64,000 nucleotides of DNA from a virus. Its lineage: Duplodnaviria > Caudoviricetes. Made by a program: the position numbers and the translations under genes. Shown piece after piece: positions 54,214 to 63,199 of the stretch (position 1 is its first letter; each line of letters begins with the position of its first letter). The stretch spans positions 12,316-76,315 of the IMG/VR virus record IMGVR_UViG_2974704384_000001; one strand, given 5' to 3'. The notes under the pieces are model-generated. The model was given only the letters and a program-made list of their open reading frames with translations. It made no database searches and was not told the DNA's origin.

Positions 54214-54930
54214 TTAGACGCTCCGGAGGGTCATGTTCTGCACGTTCTCCGGCAGTACGACAATCTCGTCCTCGCCCCGGCTACTGAAATAGGCGATCAC
54301 GTCGTCACGGTCGACGGTGCCGGTCGCAACGGTCGCGCCGGTCTGGTCATAGCGGGTTGCGAACCAGCGAGCCTTGGCGGCGTTGAGGGTCCATGACAGG
54401 CCCTCTGCGTCTCCGTCGTCGTTGAAGCCCCGGTAGACCTTGAATGAGCTGGGCAGGTCGCGCAGCGTGTTGTAGTCGCTGACGGACATGAGGGTCTGGC
54501 GGTCCGCGATCCGCCTAGGTTCGGTTAGCCGCCGATACCATGCGCCCCGGTTCTCCCAGATGTTCTCTGAGTCGGTCCAGATCAGGCCGAGCAGCGGCCA
54601 GTAGGCGTCGTTGCTGGTGATGCGGTCCCTGATGATGGAGAACGCGTCGAGCCGGTACGGGCGCTCATGCAGGAACACGTAGCTGGTCCAGTTGCATTCG
54701 CGGAATGCCTTATGTAGGGCGTCCCGCTTGCCTTCGTAGCAGGCGTTGACGCGGGCGTTCTCCCGTTCTGTGTGGAACATGTTGAACACAAGCGGGTGCT
54801 TGAGCATGGGTGCGCCGAGCGGGCCGTCCATGTGGAGGTAACCAGCGAGGTCGGGGTGTAGCGGTTCAACGGGAGCGTTGAGCAGTTCCATAATGTCGCT
54901 GATCATGTCTTGCCTGGTGTCGCTGCTCAC
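54214..54930 (-). CDS. Hypothetical protein
   Basis: 238 aa; C-terminal VYRG...GLSWTL...A.WFA...E.EIVV motif. Confidence 0.75.
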   Translation of the reverse strand: MSSDTRQDMISDIMELLNAPVEPLHPDLAGYLHMDGPLGAPMLKHPLVFNMFHTERENARVNACYEGKRDALHKAFRECNWTSYVFLHERPYRLDAFSIIRDRITSNDAYWPLLGLIWTDSENIWENRGAWYRRLTEPRRIADRQTLMSVSDYNTLRDLPSSFKVYRGFNDDGDAEGLSWTLNAAKARWFATRYDQTGATVATGTVDRDDVIAYFSSRGEDEIVVLPENVQNMTLRSV

Positions 54931-55100
54931 TTGTCGAACTCCCCAACGTCGGTCCAGTCGCCGGTGGCGTCAAGAATGCTGAGAATGAACTGGTGGAATA
55001 ACTGCGGGGTCGCGGCCTTACTCTGCCAGTCGGCGGTTTCCGCCAGGTGGCGAACCTGGTCCAACCTAGCCTCTGGGCTGCCTGGTTTCCGATTACTCAT
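54927..55100 (-). CDS. Small hypothetical protein (leaderless)
   Basis: ATG 6 nt after a -10 TACGAT. Confidence 0.6.
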   Translation of the reverse strand: MSNRKPGSPEARLDQVRHLAETADWQSKAATPQLFHQFILSILDATGDWTDVGEFDK

Positions 55101-55106
55101 GCACGT

Positions 55107-55135
55107 ATCGTACACCCTACATACTAAGGCGTCAA
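55107..55135 (-). promoter_or_regulatory. Promoter TTGACG-17-TACGAT with spacer motif CTTAGTATGTA
   Basis: Direct sequence reading. Confidence 0.75.
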
Positions 55136-55145
55136 GCCGTTTTCA

Positions 55146-55304
55146 CTAAGCGTGCTTAGTCGGTTTAACGTCGATAGCGAACGGGCGCTCACGCTTGGCG
55201 GCGCAGCGCGGGCAGATGTGCGTCTTAAGTAAGCTGGTGCCCTTGCCGCAGACCCGGCATGGGCCGACGCCAATGGTTTCGCTTAGGAGCTTCGCGTTAG
55301 TCAT
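55146..55304 (-). CDS. Small Zn-finger protein (52 aa)
   Basis: CRVC...CPRC; read manually. Confidence 0.5.
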   Translation of the reverse strand: MTNAKLLSETIGVGPCRVCGKGTSLLKTHICPRCAAKRERPFAIDVKPTKHA

Positions 55305-55395
55305 CGGGCAAGTCCTTAAAGCAGTCGACGCAGTAGGTTAGGTATGGCGACGGAGTTAGTTCGATAGCCACGCCGCACACGTCGCACTTAGTCAT
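55297..55395 (-). CDS. Small Zn-finger protein
   Basis: CDVC...CVDC; RBS GAAAGG. Confidence 0.45.
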   Translation of the reverse strand: MTKCDVCGVAIELTPSPYLTYCVDCFKDLPDD

Positions 55396-55633
55396 CTTCG
55401 TTCCACCTTTCACCCGCATAGGTCGGGTCGAACCAGTCTGGCGGCTGGTCGGTGTCGGGGTAGCGCTGCCGGATAGCGTCGATCTGAGGTTGCACGCGTT
55501 CGACGTACAGCCGGTAGTGACGCTCACAGCGCGGGTACGACTCCCCTGAGCCGGACAGGGACGCGTAGAGGCTCACTACGCCCTCGCAGACTCCCAGCTC
55601 GTCAACGTGGCCGTGATCCACGCAGGTAACCAT
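55388..55633 (-). CDS. Hypothetical protein
   Basis: RCERH...PDWFDPTYAGERW motif. Confidence 0.65.
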   Translation of the reverse strand: MVTCVDHGHVDELGVCEGVVSLYASLSGSGESYPRCERHYRLYVERVQPQIDAIRQRYPDTDQPPDWFDPTYAGERWNEDD

Positions 55634-55661
55634 TGCAGCACCTTCCGTCACTGTGACATTT

Positions 55662-56513
55662 CTACTTCATGAGGCCGAGCTGGCGCAGCACGGCGGGCAC
55701 GAACTTACCGGCCTGCGAGTCGTGGGAAATGCAGGGAATGTAAATCGAGTACGGAGGAAAGTCCTCCATGTCTGCCGCGTTGTTGATGCACGAACCGTAC
55801 CCACCTGACGGGTGGATACCGCAAGCTTCGCGCACGTCTTTATCGTGTGAGTGCATCGCGTTGAACAGGTGAGCGCGGAGGAATGAGTTGTGCGTTAGCG
55901 CGTACATGAACATGGACACGTCGAACGGCTCACCGGCTTTCTTAAGCCGCACTGCGGTACGGGCACGGTAATTGGTACCGAAGCCACGCACGTACATGTC
56001 GACCCAGATTTCAGCTTGCATCCCGGCAGTTTCGATAGCTTCCACTAGGGCAAACATGGCCTGGCCGTTTTCCTTAATGGCCTTAGCGCTAATCGCCCAG
56101 TTGTAAGTAATGTTGAGGATTAGGGCGACGATCTTATTCTGGCCGGGTTCCTCGGTTGGCGTGAAGTCAACCATGCACTCCGGCTCACCTTCCATGTAGC
56201 GACCCATGTCCACGAACGCCCCGGCTGTGTCGTGGTACTCGTTGTATGCGGGCCGGTACAGGTCACCTGCCAGCAGGGCCACCTTATGCTCTGCAATGTT
56301 GATCGCCTCGATGCCAGCCTTGGGCAAACCCTTCTGGCCGAGCTGGTCGGCTTCCTGCATGTTCTTAACGCCGTAGAACGACGGGTCGTCCATGTGCTTG
56401 GAGCGGTGGTCTGTGCCTTCGCGGTTGTGGGTTAGCAAGTCATCGAATGAGTCGAATGTGATAACGCTCCGCTTGAGGCCGCGTTCCTTGTCCTCGTAAC
56501 GCTGCATACGCAT
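55662..56513 (-). CDS. vWA-like AAA-ATPase partner protein, paralog 1
   Basis: DTAGAFVDMGRYMEGEPECM; homologous to 59533-60384. Confidence 0.7.
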   Translation of the reverse strand: MRMQRYEDKERGLKRSVITFDSFDDLLTHNREGTDHRSKHMDDPSFYGVKNMQEADQLGQKGLPKAGIEAINIAEHKVALLAGDLYRPAYNEYHDTAGAFVDMGRYMEGEPECMVDFTPTEEPGQNKIVALILNITYNWAISAKAIKENGQAMFALVEAIETAGMQAEIWVDMYVRGFGTNYRARTAVRLKKAGEPFDVSMFMYALTHNSFLRAHLFNAMHSHDKDVREACGIHPSGGYGSCINNAADMEDFPPYSIYIPCISHDSQAGKFVPAVLRQLGLMK

Positions 56514-56610
56514 GGTTGGGCCACCCCTTTTAGGTTTAGGAAATTTAGGATGCTTTAGCGAATAAAGCTAAAGTGAAAAGTTTGAATGGAAGCGGGAGAC
56601 GAACGGGGGA

Positions 56611-56985
56611 TTACTCCCCCGCCCGCTCCACCACTTCGACCACCTGATTGGGGACGGCCAGGGTGTTGCCCTCCCCGTCTGCGCCACCGGTCACCACAAC
56701 CACGCCGCGCAGGCGGTCGACGCCGCGAGCGCCAGGATTGAAGCTCCACCACAGAGCTGTCGCCTGGACGTTCACCGGCTGATTCAAGATTCTACCCTCA
56801 GAATGGACCATGAAGGTCACGTCGAACGCTTCCGCGTCCTCGCTGGTCCAGCCGTACACACCCTCGATGTTTCCGCCGACGATGCCTTGCAGCGTGCGGA
56901 GTTCGCTGTGGTCCCGCGAAATGGTGACCGTCTCGCGGGTGCCGTCTGGACGGAGGACGAGTGCGCTGTAGCTGTCGTTGCTCAT
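56611..56985 (-). CDS. DUF3846-like protein (leaderless)
   Basis: LRTLQGIVGGNIE...VHSEG...PVN.QAT...LRGVVVVTG. Confidence 0.75.
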   Translation of the reverse strand: MSNDSYSALVLRPDGTRETVTISRDHSELRTLQGIVGGNIEGVYGWTSEDAEAFDVTFMVHSEGRILNQPVNVQATALWWSFNPGARGVDRLRGVVVVTGGADGEGNTLAVPNQVVEVVERAGE

Positions 56986-56992
56986 GTCACAC

Positions 56993-57022
56993 ACTGTACA
57001 TGGCACATACAAAGTCTGTCAA
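56993..57022 (-). promoter_or_regulatory. Promoter TTGACA-18-TACAGT with spacer motif CTTTGTATGTG
   Basis: Direct sequence reading. Confidence 0.8.
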
Positions 57023-57228
57023 CAGCGTTCTTCTATTGAAAGTCTCGGGTTCTTACCTGCGGCGATGTTCTGCAAGGTTCCGCGCGTGAACTTGGTTGCT
57101 TGCTCTAGCTCGTTGTACGAGTAACCGTTTTCTTTAGCTTCGCGTATGGCGTCGTACAGCGCCACAGTCTCAGCGATAATTGCCTCGGTGCGGGAGGCGA
57201 TGGAAATCAGTGTGGCGTCAGAAACCAT
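57019..57228 (-). CDS. HTH DNA-binding protein
   Basis: IREAKENGYSYNELEQATKFTRGTLQNI. Confidence 0.7.
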   Translation of the reverse strand: MVSDATLISIASRTEAIIAETVALYDAIREAKENGYSYNELEQATKFTRGTLQNIAAGKNPRLSIEERC

Positions 57229-57412
57229 GCTCGGAGAGTACACGCTCTCCATCGTTAACCTCCCTTAGACGCGCGTCGATTGCGTCGATGCGGCGCTGAT
57301 TGTGCTCTATCTCGCGCACTAGGCGTATCCGCTCTTGCGTGAGGCGTTGGCGCTCTTGTCTGAGCATGAGGGCTGCGGCGCTGTCGGGTATGTCGGGGAG
57401 AAAGCTAGACAC
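57218..57412 (-). CDS. Small coiled-coil protein
   Basis: 64 aa ORF. Confidence 0.5.
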   Translation of the reverse strand: MSSFLPDIPDSAAALMLRQERQRLTQERIRLVREIEHNQRRIDAIDARLREVNDGERVLSEHGF

Positions 57413-57498
57413 CCTTACTGTTCCTTAGCTTTAAATGCGTGTGGGCGGACCCGGTTATGTGATAACCAGACCCGCCCACCAAGTTACACCGGTAGACG

Positions 57499-57762
57499 CT
57501 AGTCCACGGCCTCTGCGAGGGCCTTGGCTAGGTGTGCGAAGTAGGGGAGCACCGGCTGGTTGCACACGTCCAGCTTGACCAGCGTGTTCTTGATCTGTAG
57601 CTGTTCGGCTGCGGACACGCCCTTGGCTACCTCGACCACGACGGATACGGGGATGAAGTGGGTTTCCCACATGTGGCCGGGTGTTTCGACGGTGAAGGTG
57701 TGGTTTAGGTCTACACCCTTCTCGTCTAGGAACGTGTCGATCCACTTGGTGAATGCGCTCAT
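57499..57762 (-). CDS. Hypothetical protein
   Basis: RBS AAGGA; 87 aa. Confidence 0.7.
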   Translation of the reverse strand: MSAFTKWIDTFLDEKGVDLNHTFTVETPGHMWETHFIPVSVVVEVAKGVSAAEQLQIKNTLVKLDVCNQPVLPYFAHLAKALAEAVD

Positions 57763-57774
57763 GTTTATGTGTCC

Positions 57775-58053
57775 TTAGAACAGTCGGAGGGTTTCGATCT
57801 GCACGTCGGTGGTGCCGAAGTCGTCGGCCACGTACATGCGGTTGTTCCACTCGCCGTCTTTACGCTTCTCGGCCCACTCGATGCGGCCCTCACGGTCGAA
57901 GCGGACTTCCAGCTCGAACATGCCGCCGTACCTGCCGGGCTTCTCGTAGACAACGACGTTGCCGTTGTCGAAGATGAGTTCCCAGTCCTTAGCTGTGGCA
58001 CGTTCGCGTACCAGGTCGCCTACGTCGTAGGTGTGTCGGGTTTGTGTGGGCAT
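57775..58053 (-). CDS. Hypothetical protein
   Basis: 92 aa ORF in leftward operon. Confidence 0.65.
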   Translation of the reverse strand: MPTQTRHTYDVGDLVRERATAKDWELIFDNGNVVVYEKPGRYGGMFELEVRFDREGRIEWAEKRKDGEWNNRMYVADDFGTTDVQIETLRLF

Positions 58054-58054
58054 G

Positions 58055-58261
58055 TCAGCTCGCCATCGCTAGCGCGTCGGCGGCATCCTCGTCAGCCATC
58101 GCGGCCTGGACCGCGCCCTTGAGGCCGAACTTGCCCCTGTTGGACGTGTCCTTGAACGGGAGCTGCGGGTGCGGCTCGTCGGGAAACTCAATGCGCCCGT
58201 CGTGGTAGATCACGGTCAAGCCGGTTGGGCTGACCCATTTGATATCGCTGTGGCTGCTCAT
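58055..58261 (-). CDS. Small hypothetical protein (leaderless)
   Basis: ATG 7 nt after TTGACA-16-TATGGT (58269-58296). Confidence 0.6.
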   Translation of the reverse strand: MSSHSDIKWVSPTGLTVIYHDGRIEFPDEPHPQLPFKDTSNRGKFGLKGAVQAAMADEDAADALAMAS

Positions 58262-58321
58262 GGCAATCACCATACATGCCCTATATGGCTTGTCAAATCG
58301 TTCTTGCTAAGGGGGTTAAGC

Positions 58322-58804
58322 ATGGGTGGTCGCGGTGGCGGCGGTACCGGAGGCGGTAAGGGTGGCAATAAGGGCGGCGACAGTGACCTAACTGTGGATA
58401 AGCGCCCTGCTGTGGATGCTGCTGCTGAGAAGCACAGTGATCCGAATGCGGCTGCTGATGCGCTTGGGCTTACGGGTTCCGATAAGGACCACTTTGTGAA
58501 CGGTGCTAACGCTGAGGGTAGGCGGATTCCGCGCATTGGCCGCGATGAGAGCAAGATTATCAAGCCAGCGGACGCGGCTAAGTTGATTGCGGCGCATAAG
58601 GCGGCTGTGATCGCGTATGAGCGTAAGTATGGGCGTGGTGCGGCTCAGGCGTACTCACGTGGCGCGTACTGGTCCCTGGTGCGGTTCATTAAGACGGTTA
58701 TGGCTGTGTCGGCTACGGCTACGCAGGCGGGTAGTGCTCCGGCGTTGGCGGCTGTGAATGCGGCAATGTTGGCTGCGTACTGGGTGGATCGTGCGAAGCG
58801 TTAG
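58322..58804 (+). CDS. Second MGGRG-leader protein
   Basis: ATG 58322 with GGGGG RBS; starts MGGRGGGGTGGGKGG; helical C-terminus unrelated to 53016-53366. Confidence 0.7.
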   Translation: MGGRGGGGTGGGKGGNKGGDSDLTVDKRPAVDAAAEKHSDPNAAADALGLTGSDKDHFVNGANAEGRRIPRIGRDESKIIKPADAAKLIAAHKAAVIAYERKYGRGAAQAYSRGAYWSLVRFIKTVMAVSATATQAGSAPALAAVNAAMLAAYWVDRAKR

Positions 58805-58809
58805 GTTTC

Positions 58810-58868
58810 GCAATTTTCCAATTTTCTCAATTCCGCAATTTTCCAATTTTGCAATTATGCCAATTCTT
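58810..58868. repeat. Tandem array of 7 CAATT units at 8-9 bp period
   Basis: CAATT at 58811, 58819, 58828, 58836, 58844, 58852, 58861. Confidence 0.9.
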
Positions 58869-59480
58869 CCCCTCGGCCCCCGGCTGGGCGTTTGGCCTGG
58901 TCAGGCCGGGGCGGGGCGGTGGAGAACCGAGCAGCCCCCTCGGCTGGGAGGCGCTTAGGCTTAGGTTGGCCCTGGTCAGCGGGTACGCAGCGGGCGTTAG
59001 GCCGGGTGGGAACCGAGCAGCACCCTCGAACAGATGAGCGATTTGCCCGCTAAGCGATCGAACACCCGTTCGACACATTTACTTAGGCAAACGAACCTTT
59101 TTTCGACCAAACCCTTAGGCTTGCGAACTAGTTAGCGGGAGCCGCTAGCCAGCGCGCGCTAGCGCTGGTAACCACGCCTTACGGCTAAGCGCGCTTAGGT
59201 TGCTTAGCGCCAGCGGCCAGGGACCAACACAGGGCACGCCTTAGGGGACCGGGTAAAGCCAGCCAGAGCGCGGCCAGGGCAACAGGCCGGTAGCCGTGCC
59301 AGGGGAGCGCCAGCGGCCAAGCCAGGGGGACCGGGTACCGGACTACGCCAGAGCTAGGCACGTGGGAGCGCTCCAAAATGGCCGCTAATTTCGACGCTGG
59401 CAGACTTTTAGGGTCCGGCTAGGGTAAGGGTGCCCGAGAACGCGTTAGCGACGCTTAGGGGACGCGCTAGCCAGGGCATG

Positions 59481-59516
59481 AAAAAAGCGCCAGGGCACTT
59501 GCTCCCCTGGCGCTTA
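59481..59516 (-). terminator. Intrinsic terminator after vWA paralog 2
   Basis: Minus strand AAGCGCCAGGG...CCCTGGCGCTT followed by TTTT. Confidence 0.8.
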
Positions 59517-59532
59517 GTTGGACCGGTACCAG

Positions 59533-60384
59533 CTAGCCAATACCAAGCTCATGTAAAGCTTCTGTGACTGTCGATTCTGCGTTATCCCCTAGGCGCACGG
59601 CTGGCAAGTAGACCGCTCCCGGTCCGTAGGACTCTTCAATCTTGATCGACTCTTTAACCACACAGCCGTAGCCGAACCCAATGCCATAGCGCTTGTAGTG
59701 AGTCTTGGGTAGCGCGTGCATTGCGTTGAAACCGAGAACGCGCAACATGGACGGGTCTGTGAACGCGTACATAACCGCTCCCATGTCTAACGGCTGGCTG
59801 GCTGCCTTGATCTTGACGCTGATACGGAAATACTCGTCTAGCTCAGAGAACCGATTGCCGCGTGCTTGGTTGGTTGAATCAACCCACAGCTCAGTAGACC
59901 GGCCCGACGTTTCCACAGCCTTAATCAGTGCCACGATCAACCGGCCACGCTCCCGCAAGTCGTCTTTATCAATCCCGCCAGAAGCGTTGATATTGCTAAC
60001 GATGGTCACGACGGGACGGGTAACGGGCACTTCATCGAACGTGGTTTGAATCATGCACTCAGGTTCACCGGTAACGAACCGTCCCATATCGACATACGAA
60101 CCGGCTACGTCATACGTGCTTTCCATGTCATACGCGGACACTTGACGCATGGCGCTATCGGCTAGTGCGCGTGACGTGTCCAGAACCTTAACGCCTTCTT
60201 CTGGCAGTCCGCGCTGTGCTTTGTCGCAAGCCTCATCAATGCTGGCTACGCCAGAGAATGCCCGGTTAGCTTCTGCGTCTCGCTTGTCCATTGCGTATTG
60301 CTGGTTGGCACGCTGGTACTCGGAGAACTCAGCGAGACTGGCGTAGCTGTGCTGTAACACGTTGCCTTTTTTCGTGACCTGCAT
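59533..60384 (-). CDS. vWA-like AAA-ATPase partner protein, paralog 2
   Basis: DVAGSYVDMGRFVTGEPECM; IVSNINASGG degenerate MIDAS; homologous to 55662-56513. Confidence 0.7.
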   Translation of the reverse strand: MQVTKKGNVLQHSYASLAEFSEYQRANQQYAMDKRDAEANRAFSGVASIDEACDKAQRGLPEEGVKVLDTSRALADSAMRQVSAYDMESTYDVAGSYVDMGRFVTGEPECMIQTTFDEVPVTRPVVTIVSNINASGGIDKDDLRERGRLIVALIKAVETSGRSTELWVDSTNQARGNRFSELDEYFRISVKIKAASQPLDMGAVMYAFTDPSMLRVLGFNAMHALPKTHYKRYGIGFGYGCVVKESIKIEESYGPGAVYLPAVRLGDNAESTVTEALHELGIG

Positions 60385-60427
60385 TTTTCAATCCTCCCGC
60401 GTGGTGTGTGGTGACCTGCTACGGGTC

Positions 60428-60457
60428 AAGGTACAGCATACATACGAAACCGCGCAA
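60428..60457 (-). promoter_or_regulatory. Promoter TTGCGC-18-TACCTT with spacer motif TTTCGTATGTA
   Basis: Direct sequence reading. Confidence 0.65.
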
Positions 60458-60550
60458 CATTTGTCCGGCCAGGGCACGGAAACCAAGCAGCTCCGACACA
60501 TTGCTGGCTGGCTGGCGGCCAGGGCACGCGCTAAGCGCGCTTAGGGCACA

Positions 60551-60589
60551 AAGCAAGGGACCGGCTACCCAAGTAGGTAACCGGTCCCC
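60551..60589 (-). terminator. Terminator after AAA ATPase
   Basis: GGGACCGG...CCGGTCCC stem, followed on the minus strand by TTGCTTTGT. Confidence 0.65.
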
Positions 60590-60606
60590 TGTGGACTAGC
60601 TAGCGG

Positions 60607-61854
60607 CTAAGCCACCTTGCGCCAAGTAGCTTCATCCATGCCCTTACGCAAGGTCCAAGCGACTGCCTTATCCCAATCGACATTGCGCGCCAGAAGCGCG
60701 GCCATCTTCTGAGACGCACGCGGGGAGATAACCACGCCGGTCACAGCCTCACGCTTGACGTTCTCCCGCACGCGCTGGACATAGGCAACCGCACGCTTGG
60801 TCACGTCAACCGGAGCACCCTTAGCCATAGCGGCAGCCATTTCAATATCGGTATCAATCTCAATTTCCATTGCGATGAACCTATCCATGAACTCAGCACT
60901 GAATTTCTGAGCTGCCGGGTATTCCCACGTCGGACCCATACCCCACGTGTTCGTAGCGGCCAGAATCACGTGCTTATCGTTGAGACGCACAATCTCACGA
61001 TTGGGGAGCGCCAAGAAGCGGTTAGACAGGATGGAGTTGAGACCGGCCAGGATACCAGCGTGCGCCCGGTCTACTTCATCGCAGAGCAACACGCCACCCT
61101 CAGGATTGGTTGCCCAATCGTAGACCGCCGTGGGCACGTACTCGCCCGTAGCGGACATGTAGCCCTTAAGCTCGCTAGCCGTGCTCTGCAAGTGAAAGTT
61201 GACGACGTAGAACTCACGGTCAAGCGCTTCTGCCACCTGTTCGCACACGTGAGTCTTACCGACGCCGGGACCACCGACCAGCTGGACATTCTCACCGCTG
61301 GCAATGGCGTCGAGAATGTCGCCGAATTGCTTGTGCGTCACGCCTTCAATTTCTCGCGTCTCGGTCTCGGTCTGGACATAGGTACGCGTCGGGTAAACGT
61401 ATTCGTCCATCTTGCGCGAAATGATCGCTTCGATTTGCGTCTCGTCAAGCTGTTGCTTACCGAGAACCTTAAGCAACAGTTCCCGCAGTGCGGCCATTTC
61501 GTCTGTGTTGCCGCTGGCGCTAGCCGTGGGCGCGGTCTCGGCGGCGTCACCATTGGCGCGTTCGTAGGCGGCTTGCACTGCGCTAGCGTGCTTGGTCTCG
61601 GTACCGGTCTCGGTAGAGCTACCGCCGGTAGCGTTTCCGTTGCCCTCGTTGGTGCCGTAGTTGTCGATGCACACGTGCAGGTATTGCGCCGGGACGGTCT
61701 CGCCCTGTGCGGCAGAACGGGTAAGTGAGTTTTTGATAACCAAGTGCTCTGCGCCGGTCTCGTCTGCGGCCAAGTAGAACGGTCCCTCGTTTTTGCACTT
61801 AGGGCAGCCGGTGCGCAGAGTCCGCTGTGACAGCTTGGTCAGAGTGGCAGTCAT
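60607..61854 (-). CDS. MoxR/CbbQ-like AAA+ ATPase with N-terminal Zn-binding-like segment
   Basis: GGPGVGKT Walker A, LLCDEVD Walker B, ATN, AEFMDRF arginine finger. Confidence 0.9.
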   Translation of the reverse strand: MTATLTKLSQRTLRTGCPKCKNEGPFYLAADETGAEHLVIKNSLTRSAAQGETVPAQYLHVCIDNYGTNEGNGNATGGSSTETGTETKHASAVQAAYERANGDAAETAPTASASGNTDEMAALRELLLKVLGKQQLDETQIEAIISRKMDEYVYPTRTYVQTETETREIEGVTHKQFGDILDAIASGENVQLVGGPGVGKTHVCEQVAEALDREFYVVNFHLQSTASELKGYMSATGEYVPTAVYDWATNPEGGVLLCDEVDRAHAGILAGLNSILSNRFLALPNREIVRLNDKHVILAATNTWGMGPTWEYPAAQKFSAEFMDRFIAMEIEIDTDIEMAAAMAKGAPVDVTKRAVAYVQRVRENVKREAVTGVVISPRASQKMAALLARNVDWDKAVAWTLRKGMDEATWRKVA

Positions 61855-61909
61855 ATCTATGTCCTTCCGGTGTCGGCTGGTTGGGCCGGTGGTTGTGGTG
61901 ACAAGAGAC

Positions 61910-61938
61910 AAGTTACACAGCTCTTACTGTGTTTGCAA
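61910..61938 (-). promoter_or_regulatory. Promoter TTGCAA-17-TAACTT for the AAA ATPase
   Basis: Direct sequence reading. Confidence 0.65.
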
Positions 61939-62179
61939 CACGTTAGGTATGTGCGTCATAAAGTGCCTGTTCAGGCTGTGTGTTGGTGTGTCGCTGTGTG
62001 GCGTTAGGTGGTTCGGTAGCGCGTGAGGCTTAGGTGGCTTAGCGGCCAGGGCAGCCAGCCAGCGACGGAGCTGCTTGGTTCGTGTCCGGCTGGCTGGCAC
62101 TCTCAGCGCGGCCAGGGCACACAAAGCAGAGAACCCGCTACCCGAACCGGGCAACGGGTTCTAAGCCAGGGGAGCGCGG

Positions 62180-62440
62180 CTAATCGTGCCTAAGCCATAT
62201 CGACACAATCGCGGCACGTTCGTCCGCAGACATGTCAGACAAGTCTGTGCAATGGTCCATCGTGCAAGTGTCGATAGGCCATCTATCCGCAGCGCGCCAG
62301 CGGACATACTCGACACCATTGATTGTGACAACCATGTAGGTGGTCCCGTCGTCGTCGTCCTGGTGACACGCCACGAACGCGCCGGTCGCCATCACTTGGC
62401 GCATGAACGCGCCAGCGTCGGAGTAGGTGAGGTTAAGCAT
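62180..62440 (-). CDS. Hypothetical protein
   Basis: RBS GGGGA; 86 aa. Confidence 0.6.
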   Translation of the reverse strand: MLNLTYSDAGAFMRQVMATGAFVACHQDDDDGTTYMVVTINGVEYVRWRAADRWPIDTCTMDHCTDLSDMSADERAAIVSIWLRHD

Positions 62441-62457
62441 GATGGTCCCCCGTTCTC

Positions 62458-62586
62458 TTAGTAGTGCGGCCAGTAGGTGACCAGCGCGGCCAGGCCAGCG
62501 CCAAGCGTGACTAGCGCGGCCAGTCGCATTACTCCGAGACGTGTCAAAGCGCGTTCTGTGGTGACGTTGATCTGTTGAGCGTTCAT
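62458..62586 (-). CDS. Small membrane protein (42 aa)
   Basis: RBS AGGA; C-terminal TM; read manually. Confidence 0.5.
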   Translation of the reverse strand: MNAQQINVTTERALTRLGVMRLAALVTLGAGLAALVTYWPHY

Positions 62587-62672
62587 AGTCGGTTGTCCTG
62601 CCTTAGGTGGTTGTGGGTTAGGTAAGGGACCGGCCCGGCAGGCTGTGAGCCAAACCGGGCCGGTAACGCTGG

Positions 62673-63152
62673 CTAGTACCGGCCCTTAGCCGCCGCGTAG
62701 TTGTTGTTGAGACGGTCAACCAAGCGTGTTGCTTCGCCGATCAAGTGGTTAGCCTCGCCCACGGCGTACGCGTCGGTGGTGACCGTGAGGGCACGCTGTG
62801 CCGTAGCAATGGCGCTCTGCGCATAGCCAACCTTGCTGGACATGTAAGCGCGGTCAATCAGACCGTGGGCACGTTGCATAAGGCGTGCAAAAGCGCGTTC
62901 CGCTTCTGCCTTAGCTGCCCAATCGTGCATATCGGCAATGTCGTCGGCGGTTGTGTCGTCTACGTCGTGCTCTGCGTACTGAGACGCGTCACGTTCGACC
63001 CAAGCGTCACCTTGGCGCACGTCGACCCAAGCGACGTAGCCAACACTGCGCAGGAACTCAGCGCGTTCATACGCTTCTGCTGGCGTTTCGTAGCACTCGG
63101 TAGCGCCGGGAACGTGAACGCGTGCGGTGGCCTGGATAAGGGTGTGAGTCAT
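62673..63152 (-). CDS. Hypothetical protein
   Basis: RBS GAAAGG; 159 aa. Confidence 0.7.
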   Translation of the reverse strand: MTHTLIQATARVHVPGATECYETPAEAYERAEFLRSVGYVAWVDVRQGDAWVERDASQYAEHDVDDTTADDIADMHDWAAKAEAERAFARLMQRAHGLIDRAYMSSKVGYAQSAIATAQRALTVTTDAYAVGEANHLIGEATRLVDRLNNNYAAAKGRY

Positions 63153-63199
63153 GGTGTGGTGACCTTTCGGCTAGGTGGTTGTGGTGACTGACAAGCGAC

